Origin: Podarcis pityusensis
Lineage: Eukaryota
Strand: one strand, 5' to 3'
Assembly: GCA_964106645.2 (NCBI GenBank)
Contig: OZ067044.1
DNA length: 64,000 bases
Shown here: positions 37,210-47,864 of the stretch, one piece after another
Numbering within the stretch: position 1 is the stretch's first letter
How the letters are laid out: every line of letters begins with the position of its first letter
Position numbers and translations under genes: made by a program
The notes under the pieces: generated by a model
What the model was told of the DNA's origin: nothing
Seen by the model: only the letters and a program-made list of their open reading frames with translations
Databases searched by the model: none

Positions 37210-39645
37210 CTGCTCACCAAACTCCTCTTTGGCACTGGCACTGGCATCCCCACAGTTGCCATCCACAAGAACCACCTGAGAGCTATCATTGCATAGCAAA
37301 TTTTCTGCCACCTGGATATGGGGTTTTGGGAAAGAGATCTGCTCTTTCCTCATCTCTGACGATAGACAGAGTTGATAGGAATAAGGTAAAGTTCCTTCTT
37401 CATAGTTTGGTGGAAATATGACCTGGGCCTTAGAAAAAGCATTAGGTTCAAAGCATTGGAATAATTTGGGATTTCCTGATTGTCGAAGTTTCATGACAAT
37501 GACCAGTATCACTGTCAGGAGGAACAAAAATGAGATCAATGCCAAAGCCAGCACCAAGTAAAACTGGAGGTCAGAATGATGCTCTGTGACACTGGATTGC
37601 CTAGTCATTTCCGGAAGTGCCTCTTGGAAGTTCTCTGCAATCACAAGGTTGAGGACCACAGTAGCTGAGAGTGGAGCCTTCCCATTGTCCTTCACCAAGA
37701 TGACCAGCTTCTGTTTCACAGCATCTTTCTCCAGAAGGGCTCGTGATGTCCTGATCTCTCCCGTGTGGGTCCCAATGGTGAAAAGGGCCAGCTCTGTGGC
37801 CTGCAGCACTTGATAGGAGAGCCAGGCATTGTGCCCAGAGTCCGCGTCCACAGCCACCACTTTGGTCACCAGGTAGCCTGGCTCTGCCGAGTGAGGAACC
37901 ATCTCAAACAAGGCAGAGCCCTCGGCGCCCGGGACAGGATAGAGAACGCGAGGGCTGTTATCGTTCTGATCCAAAATGTACACCCACACGGTGGCGTTGT
38001 TGCTGAGAGAGGGAGAGCCACCATCTTGGGCCTTCACTTGGATCTGAAACTCCCGGAATTGCTCATAGTCAAAGGAGCGCTGTGCATAGATAGTTCCCGT
38101 CTCAGAGTTGATGGAGACATAAGAGGAGAGAGGCAGCTCCTCCATGTTGCTGTTGAGGATGGAGTAAGTGATACGTGAGTTGCGGTCCAGATCTGGGTCC
38201 GAGGCTTTGAGGGCAAAAATGGAGGCACCTGAGGGATTGTTTTCAGGCACAAAGACACTGTAGGTTGATTTTTCAAAGGCAGGGGGGTTGTCATTGATAT
38301 CTGAAATCTGCAGGGATATGGTTTTGTTGGAGGAGAGAGGGGGGCTACCTTTGTCGGTGGCCGTGATTGTGATGTTGTATCCTGAGGCTTTTTCTCTGTC
38401 CAAAGGACTGTCTGTGAGGATTTTATAGTAGTTCTTTGAAGTTGACACTATTTGAAATGGTACATTACCTTGTAGATGGCATGTAATTTTTCCATTTTCT
38501 CCAGAATCTTTATCCTTTACGTTGATGAGAGCAATTAGTGTTCCAGAAGCAGAGTCTTCAGGAACTGGACTAGATAAGGAGGCCAGAATGATCTCTGGAG
38601 CATTGTCATTCTTATCTATAATCTTTATATCAACATTACAGTGAGCCACTAATCCTCCTCCATCTCTTGCTTCAACTGTCATAGTGTACTTCTCTGTTTC
38701 CTCAAAGTCAAGGGTTTCCTTAATTGTAACTGTTCCACTTTGTGGATCTAGTCTAAATTTCTCATAGACTTTTTCTGGGACTTTATTGAATGTGTAACTG
38801 ATCCGACTATTTGAACCTTCATCCCTATCAGAGGCTTTTACTTGGAGTATGAGGGATCCCACAGGGGAATTTTCCCTCAGGCTAACTGTATAAACCTCTT
38901 GAGTGAAGACTGGTGGGTTGTCATTGGCATCTGTGACGTTAATCCATATCTGGGCAGTCCCAGTTTTTCTGGGTTCACCCCCATCCAGGGCTGTAAGGAT
39001 CAACTGAAGTGAGTGCTCACTTTCCCGATCCAAAGGTTTCTGCAGCACCAATTCTGCATATTTATGGCCGTCCAGACTATGCTTAATTTCTAATATAAAG
39101 AACTGATTTAGGCTTAACTGGTAATTCTGGAGAGAATTAATCCCAATATCAGGATCTTCAGCTTTCCCAAGGGGAAATCTGGCCCCCGGCAATGTGGATT
39201 CAATTATATCTAGTCTAATATTGGATTCTAGGAATTGTGGGGCATTATCATTAATGTCCTGAATTGCTACACTTACATGGAAAACATTCAATGGCTTTTC
39301 AACCATCGCTTCAAAATCAATAATGCAGTGTGTGCTCTCTCTACACATCCCCTCACGATCTATCCTCTCATTCACATACAGGTTTCCATTTTCAGCATTG
39401 ATAGTGAAATATGGCTTTTTACCTTCAGAAAGGATATGCAGGTTTCTGCTCTTCAGTTCTCTGACATTCAGTCCTAGATCCTTGGCAAGATTTCCCACCA
39501 AAGACCCCTTTGCCATCTCCTCAGGGATGGAATAGTGAACCTCTTCCAAAACTGCTCCACAGAACAAAGATGATAATATCAGAAGGGTAATATACCTTCC
39601 TGGTGTTTGAAAGCTCTCTCCATGAAGGATTCCTCTCATCTTCAT
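37210..39645 (-). CDS. PCDHGB: Protocadherin gamma-B-like variable exon 7 (type A)
   Basis: ORF 37174..39669; ATG 39645; donor at 37210/37209; three amino acids different from exon 5. Confidence 0.92.
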
Positions 39646-39890
39646 TTTCCTCTTCTCTTTGATGAGCAAAGGATTTCAGATTTCCACCAAGACAGGAGAT
39701 TTTTTTTTGCACAGTAAAAAAAAGAACTGGATCCTTTGGCTTAATTTGTATATGCTGCAGTGTTTTCTGTTTTCAGCTGAAACGTTTGTTCCAGCGTCTG
39801 CTGGTATTCCCGATGTGCAGTTTGGGACAAAGAGATCTCTCTGCAGAAAGCATCAGTGGAACTTCAGCTGCCCTTGGATTGCCGCCTTGT

Positions 39891-39928
39891 CCAACAGTGA
39901 CACTGTGAGTCTGAAACCGAGAACTGCA
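39891..39928 (-). promoter_or_regulatory. CSE / CTCF site, exon 7 promoter (CACT)
   Basis: Same sequence as exon 1 CSE. Confidence 0.8.
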
Positions 39929-42626
39929 ATCTTTTCCCAGTGATTTTTCTTCCCTAATTCATGACATGACATAGTAGTATTTTAAAGTAATGACTCAGAC
40001 CATATTCTCATACAGGTTTTCTGAATATGCCTGTTGGAAAGTGTTATCTGTTCACCATTACAGTAGGTTAAAAGAAATCAGCTTCAAATTAATATTTACA
40101 GCAAAGAAAAAGCGGTAAAGAATTTATAGCCCTATTTCCAATATTTCTTTAGGAAAAATCAGAATAGCAGACAGCAGTATGAGAATGATATTGTTATTTA
40201 TAATAAAAGACTTTTAAACAAATTAGAAAAATATTGTATTAGGTATTTACAGGCATCTTAGACTGTGTGTGGAAAGCCTAAGGACGTGTCTGAAAAGTGT
40301 GTTTACCTTTACATAATTTCACTGAAAATAGTGCCACATCTCAAGTCCTATTTTGTCACCTTATGTCCACACAATTTCTGGTCTGTTTGTGTAGCTTTCT
40401 CCTTCAACAGTTGTACTGTGTCAGTATTTACCTTTGCCATTTTCCCCACCTGCCCATTTGTCCAGTTACGATAGACACTTTGCTGATTTCATTTACTTTG
40501 TGGTGTGTGCTTTTGACCTTACACAACACCCCAGCTACTTCACAATATCACAGTTATGGTTCATCCCCTCTACATATGCAAACAATATGGAGACCCCTAT
40601 TTTGCTGGCGGGGAGTGGGGGTGGGACAGGACAACCAGAAAGCTACTCAGAAATCACTACGGTCCTTTCAGTATTTTAGGAAGCTACATATCGTCTCCAG
40701 CTGTTAATGCAACTTCATTTAATCAAGGAACAAAACTACATAAATAAGCCCTGGGTGTTATATGCTGAACCTCAAATGTTTTGAGCTTTCCCCTCCATTT
40801 TAAAACTTCTTTTTCTATGTTTACGTGGTAGCTGAGCACACTGCAATTGTCAGTCATGGTCCTGTCCCCTAATTCCTTCCAACAGCTAGCACCAACCCTG
40901 GCAAGAACACTCCTCCATCCTCACATCTGCCCTACTGGCCATGAGCCCAGCAGGGAGTTGGAGCGGGTGGTACATTGCAGGCTTAAGTAACTCAAGAACC
41001 TGCTAAGATATCCCACAATGCTATGATCAGAAATACAGTTATCCATCTATTCATGCGTTCATGTCATGTAAGCAGCATAGCTAACATGTTGGTAGAGCAG
41101 TTCAAGAATTCAACATGCTTCGTGTATATTGAGCTGGTCTCATGTAAAGAACAAAACTGTGAACCAGGAATTCCGTGGTATGAATTTTGCCTCTGACAGG
41201 AACTCACTTATATAAGAATTCTAAGATAATGTGTCAAATCCAGACTCCATCATACTTAGAGTAGCCCCACTTAAACAAATTTGACTTAAATTAGTCTTGC
41301 TTGACTAACTTGGTCCAAGGATAACTAATTCTGAATCTGACCCATTATATGCAATGCCCTTTGAAACTTATAAATATCATATACACAGTATCATTATTAT
41401 TGTCTAAATCATGAGGCAGAAATACATAACGCAGGCAGTGCAATCTGGCCGGTAGCATTATTGAAAAAACTGACATGGAAATTGAAGACAGCAAGAGGCC
41501 AGGGGAAATATGATAACTTTTATGCAGTCTTGGATGATTTTATAGATTATACAAACAATGAGGCATGTGGCAGAACGGTGCCTTGGCCTACAGCACAGTT
41601 TGGTGTGCATGAAGCACATATTTTATTTTATTTTTCCTCCTTCCTTCTTGCCTTTGTATAATCCCTGCAGACCAGCACTGCTGCTCATACAATATATATT
41701 TGTAGTTGTGGACAACAGTCAAAGAGATGGAGGTTATTACGTACCGTTTTGTTTTTGTTAAGATTGAAATGATTTTAGAATATACACTTTAGCAAAGCTC
41801 TGTGGAGTATTCGAAGATAACTCTCTGACTGTATGTAATTGTTTTATTTTTGTTTTAAATAAATTTAAAAAATAAATAAATGCACAATTCATGTCTTTAA
41901 CAAAATATCCCACATTATCTGTCCGCCTGTCCGCCTTTCACACAGTTGTTTAGAAAGAGCTTTAATGCAATGTGGTTTCACTTAAAGGAATATGGGGGCT
42001 GGAAATATCCACAATCTACTCTAGAAGGCCAGTCAGTCAGTCAGTCAGTCAGTCAATCAGTCTTGACATGACTTTTTTTTTACATCACTCATGCAGGAAC
42101 ACACATGCCTATGAATTTGATTTTATGGAGAAGGAAGTAAAGCATAATTTACAGACACCTCTCAAAAGCGTATATCTTTAAAATCTATTGCTTTTAAAAA
42201 TTGCCAGTAATACTGATAACAGTGACAGTATTTTCTGCTATATAGCAAGGTGCCCTCCTTTGATTCTACAGCCTAAATTTTTGCCCCCCCCCCCCAAAGC
42301 CAAGTAATGTGAAAAGCAAAGTTCTTTTTAATGAAAGTAGTTGAAGGTCAACTCCTCAAAATACTAGTTGTTCAAATGACAACAAGATAAGTTATACCAG
42401 ATGGTTTCAAGGGCATGGCTCGAAGCTGCAATGTGTAGCTTCCCCATGGAGTGAAAAGGACGCATCCTGATTCATGAAAGCCAAATGATGTAAGAGCCAA
42501 ACTTTTCATTTATATGATGAAAAACAAAAAGGCAGTCACATTAGCTGGATAAAAAGCACTCTGACAATGTCACTAATGGCAAAGAATGATAGATAATGGC
42601 ATTTAATTTCAGAAAACAAACCTTAC

Positions 42627-45047
42627 CTGTTCTCCATTATCTACTGCAGAATCAAAATGGTTTCCTACATTGCCTGTAAAAGGCACAGCAGGTTTCTCAC
42701 TGCTAAGAATATTCTCTGCAATCTGTATATTTGGTGTCAGGAAGGTAAACTCGTTCTTCCTGGACTCAGAAGACAGACACAGCTGGTAGGAATAGGGCAA
42801 AGTCCCATCTTCAAAGTTGGGTGGGAAGATGGCACCATTCTTGGAATGGGGAACAGGACCAAAGCACTGTAGGAACCTGGGATGCCCTGACTGACGGAGC
42901 TTCATTGTAACGGCCAGAATGACAGTCAAGAGGAACAAGAAGGAGATCACAGCTAAGGCCAGCACCAAGTAGAACTGCAGGTCAGACTGATACTCCGAGC
43001 TGCTGGGTTGGCTCTTCATTTCCGGAAGGGCCTCCTGAAAGTTCTCAGCAAACACCAGGTTCAGAGTCATGGTGGCCGAGAGAGACGGCTGCCCGTTATC
43101 CTTCACCATAATGACCAGTCTCTGTTTCACAGCGTCTCTCTCCACAAAGGCCCTGGCGGTCCTGATCTCTCCAGTATGAGAACCAACCGTGAAGAGTGCC
43201 GGCTCAGTGGCCTGAGTAAGGTGGTAGGAGAGCCAGGCGTTGTGTCCAGAATCTGCATCCACGGCCACCACCTTGGTGACAAGATAATTTGCCTCGGCTG
43301 AACGAGGCACCATCTCAAACAAGACTGAGCCCTTGGCTTCTTGTGAGGGGGACAGGATACGAGGGCTGTTATCATTCCTGTCAAGAACAAACACCCTGAC
43401 GGTCACATTGCTGCTGAGAGGGGGAGAACCCCCATCTTGGGCCTTCACTTGCACCCGAAACTCTCTGAATTGTTCATAGTCAAAGGATCTCTGGGCATAG
43501 ATGGTGCCAGTCTCTGAATTAATGGAGATATAGGAGGAGATGGGAAGCTCCTCAATGTTGCTGTTGAGGATGGAGTATGTGATCCGTGAGTTCTGATCCA
43601 TGTCGGAATCAGAGGCTTTGATGGTGAAAATGGAGGCACCTGAAGGATTGTTTTCTGGCACATAGATGCTGTAGGTTGATCTCTGAAAAGCAGGGGCATT
43701 ATCATTGATATCTGAGATCTGTAGTGAGATTGTTTTGTGTGTGGAAAGAGGTGGAGTTCCTCTATCAGTGGCTGTGATTGTAATATTATATGCAGGAGCT
43801 CTTTCTCTGTCCAGGAGACTGTCTGTCTGGAGCTTGAAGTAATTGTTAGATGAGGGAAGAATTTTGAAGGGTAAATCATCCTGTAAATAGCAAGTAACCT
43901 TCCCATTATCACCACTATCTCTGTCATTTACATTGATCAGAGCAATAACAGTTCCTGGCAGAGAATCTTCAGGAACAGGACTGAACATGGAGGCTAACGT
44001 CACCTCTGGGGCATTATCATTCTCATCAAGTACAGTTATTTCAATGTTGGATTGTGCTACCAATCCACCACCATCTTTGGCTTCTACTGTCATGGTATAT
44101 TCTTTAGTTTCCTCAAAGTTGAGCAGTCCCGTAAGAGTGACTATGCCATTAATTGGATCCAAACTGAATTTCTTGTGGGTGTTTGCTGCTATGTTGCTGA
44201 ATTGATACCTTATCTGAGCATAAGAGCTTTCGTCCTTATCTGAGGCTACAACCTGGAGCACAAGTGACCCAACAGGCACATTTTCAGGTAAATTGACTTT
44301 GTACACCTCCTGAGTGAAAACAGGTGGGTTGTCATTGGCATCTGTGACATTAATCCGTATCTGGACAGTCCCAGTTTTTCTTGGTTCGCCGCCATCCAAG
44401 GCTGTAAGGATCAAGTGAATAGTCTGTTCACTTTCTCGATCCATAACTTTACTTAGCACTAATTCTGCATATTTATTTCCATCTTTTCTCTCCCTTACTT
44501 CCAAGGTGAAGTACTGGTTGGAGCTCAGCTGGTAATTCTGGAGAGAGTTCAACCCAATATCAGGATCTTCTGCTTTCCCAAGGAGAAATCTGGTTCCTAG
44601 AACAGTTGATTCTACAATCTCCAAGTTGGTTATATCACTGAGGAACTGTGGTGCATTATCATTAATATCCTGTATAACTATTGTTATATGGAAAACATTT
44701 AAAGGATTTTCCATCACCACTTCAAAATTAATAAGGCAGAGTGGAGTTGTGCCACATATTTCCTCCCTATCAATTCTGTCATTCACATAAAGGTTTCCAT
44801 TGTCTGCACTTATACTGAAATACTGCATTTTGTTCACAGAGGCAGCATGCAGATTGCGCCTTCCTAGATCTCTGGCATTCAGTCCCAAATCTTTGGCGAG
44901 ATTTCCCACAATCGAACCCTTTGCCATCTCCTCAGGGATAGAATACCGAATCTGCTCTGAGGCAGCCCAGCAGGAGAAAGGCAAAAATAAGAGAAGCAGT
45001 ACTTGCCTTCTGAGTGTTCTGCCATCCTCTTCCTGCCTTTTGTCCAT
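42627..45047 (-). CDS. PCDHGB: Protocadherin gamma-B-like variable exon 8 (B-type 3' half, distinct EC1-EC3)
   Basis: ORF 42609..45047; donor CAG|GTAAGG at 42627/42626. Confidence 0.93.
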
Positions 45048-45315
45048 CCAGATCAGTGAGAAATTTTCTGCCTCCTTTTCTGCAGCTTGTAGTGACCAGA
45101 TCAGTTTCTCAATAGCACAGAGGAAATCTCTGTAAGTAAATATAAACTGCCTTCCTTCTTAGATTGTGAGGATTTGGAGCCTTTTCCTTTTTTTCAGCCA
45201 GACTGCAACACCTTTGTGTTTTTCTCTTTGCCCAGTCTGTACAGAACTGATGAAACACTCACTTTGTAGGAGAAGCATAACTAGATCTCCATCCTTTTTT
45301 CTGGCACCACACTGG

Positions 45316-45353
45316 CCAACAGTGACACTCTGAGGCTCAGAGAGAGAATTGCA
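45316..45353 (-). promoter_or_regulatory. CSE / CTCF site, exon 8 promoter (CACT)
   Basis: TGCAATTC..CCTCAGAGTGTCACTGTTGG. Confidence 0.8.
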
Positions 45354-46339
45354 AATGTTGTTTTGTTATGAAAATAAAAAGCAGAAATACTACCAGTATG
45401 ATCATATCTTTGTGTTCCAGTAAAAAGGACAACTGAAAGAGTCAGATATTTGAGAATGCCCTCCTTTGGTTCTTTTGGAATTAATACTTCATTGCTTTTT
45501 AGACTCAGTTTTTAGATTCTTTCATGCTGGCCAGTGACTTTTAATGTATTGGAACTGCTACTGTGACTATGAAGAGAACTTTCAAACTCCATGGTCAGGC
45601 AATACCTTCATTATTGCCAACAAAAATGCCACAAATTCTAGCTCCTGAAATTGTCATATCAGAAATATCCAGAGATGCAGTATTTTTACAATTCCATTTG
45701 CAGAAGTATTTACATTTTCTCAATCAGAAGCTCATACTTTATTGGACACTTCTGACTAACCAGAGATCTCTCTGTGTAACCTTTTTGGGAAAAATGAATA
45801 GCTGGCATCAAAAGCAGTTCTATGTCTCCCTCTCTCACCAAAAGAACTCAAAATAAAACAAAAGGTGTAAGATGATGCCATTGCTTTCAAAGCTTCACCA
45901 CCCATGCATGTGGCAACCAATGAAGTGAGGAAAATTGCAACAAGATTGACTAGATGTTACAGATTAGAGAAAAGGAGAAGATGTGGGGTTGCTGCTTTTG
46001 GCATTGGCATATATCCTTCTGCACAGGACTGTCTCAGATGGGCATTGAGGGCAAGGCAGGTTCTAATGCTAGTGGGACAAGCAGCCAATAAACCCAACCA
46101 CCCATGTATGTACTTCTCTTACTTTGTGACTTTACCAAATACTTGTGTCAGTGACATTGTCTGCATATCATACATACAGGCTGCATGTTCCCCTGGCTTT
46201 GCCACCTTAGCATTATGGAGGATCATGAGCAATCCAGACATCCTAAAAACTATGCTGCTGTACAGTTCTATGATGAGACACCAGAGAAGACCACATTTTC
46301 CATCAAGTGGCTCTTCTTGGTATCACAGAGAGATCGTTC

Positions 46340-46437
46340 CCAGCTATGTTCCTGGAGATCCTTTAACTGGAGAGGGTAAGAATTGAATCTGGGACCTTCT
46401 GAGTACAACAAACTATAGAATTCCACCACTCAGCTAT
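46340..46437 (-). mobile_element. Degenerate tRNA-derived SINE head
   Basis: ctggaga..aattgaatctgggaccttctg..ccactcagctata is the reverse of an A-box/B-box SINE head. Confidence 0.55.
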
Positions 46438-46465
46438 AGAATTCCAAATGTGGGGGAGTAGAGAT

Positions 46466-46688
46466 TATTATTGGTCACCTGTTTATCCCACTTTTCCTCC
46501 AAGAAGTTCAGGGCAGCTTAGAGGTATGTGAGTGTGGGATCATTCCATTTTATCTTCTCAACAACCCTGGAGAAAGGCCAGGCTGAGAGAGATGTGACCA
46601 ACGCTGCCCAGTGAGCTTCTTTTTGGATGAGTAATTATTTGAACTCAAGATTCCATGGTTCAACATTCTGTTCATTGCACCACAGGCT
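46466..46688 (-). mobile_element. MIR/CORE-like squamate SINE
   Basis: ttttatcttctcaacaaccctg..aggctgagaga..gtgac..cccagtgagcttc..tttgaac..gcaccaca. Confidence 0.6.
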
Positions 46689-47864
46689 TCAAATATAAAA
46701 CCTCCCAAAGCTGCCATACTTAAGCATTGCCACAATACACTTATTATTAATACGTCTACTTATGTGAAACATATTCTGTTCATACTTGAGATACTTTTTC
46801 TAGATATTTCTCATTCTTTGCTTTCTCCTAAAATGGTAAAAACATAAGCTGAAATCACTATGCATAGACTGCTGGTTAAAAATAATATACTCTGTCACAT
46901 AAAGCCAAATTCCTATAACTAAATATTTAATATTATGGAGAATCAAAGACTGCAATGAAATTGGTTTACAAACAGATGACAGTAGGTCCCGTTCCACATG
47001 TGAATATTTATCATTTGATGACTGCAGCATCTAGTGTGAACACAGATGTCACACCACAAATAAAATGGCTGAATGTTCTGAAACAAATCCAGCATATCAG
47101 TTCAGCTGCCAAGTGATCAAACTGTGTTCACACAGTTAACAAGTGATGTAGTTGTTCACATGAACTAGCCCTGGATTTTATACTCAAGGTGTGAAAGCAC
47201 ATAATTAACTCCAAAGGTTTGCATACTTCTCAATAAGATTTGATTAATGCAGTTGTTGTATAATGACTGTAATGTTTTAATTTAGCATGTTCTAAAGCTT
47301 CCCAATCATCTCAAACTCCTGAACTGTCTCAGACTTCCATTGGGAAAATACAGCTGATGAGTTTTGATCATATTATGGGTCTGTCACCATATGTGGGGTT
47401 AGAAATGAATTTCCCCATCCACAAGAGTGGTGAGTGATAAAACCTGGGTATCGTCCTCCCTTAGAAGTGTGTGTCATCTAAGAACTAGGCATACATTATA
47501 CTTCAAACAAGGCAAATAAATGCATTGTTTTGATCTCAAATTTACTTATATAACAACTATGAAATAGTTTTTCTTGTCAAAGAGAGTAGGCAAACATTCA
47601 CTCCGATTCTTTGTTTCCTGGGGGACTCTGACAAATATTTCTTTTGACCAAGAGAAGTCTAGTTTTTATGGGAAAAAGTGGTGTGCTTGTTGTATGTGTG
47701 GCGTAGGTATTTTCAAATACCAAAAACTATAAGTTTCTGGTAAAGATAAAATAATATGAGTGGAAGAATGTTCTTCCAACCCCCTCTTCATAAAAGCACA
47801 TAACAATTAATAGCAGGCATTATATTTAAAACCTCAGACCCCAGATCTGAAAGGGATAGCTCAC

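Larger units (their letters stand above)
1..44030. repeat. Tandem segmental duplication of a ~12.1-12.2-kb two-gene unit: 1-12127, 12128-24280, 24281-36467, 36468-~44030 (partial)
   Basis: Exons, intergenic DNA, TE fragments and even spurious ORFs recur at offsets of ~12,130-12,195; the array continues past the left edge. Confidence 0.96.

Noticed and set aside
45904-46386. 160-aa plus-strand ORF
   Set aside because: No homology recognised; runs into SINE-derived sequence.
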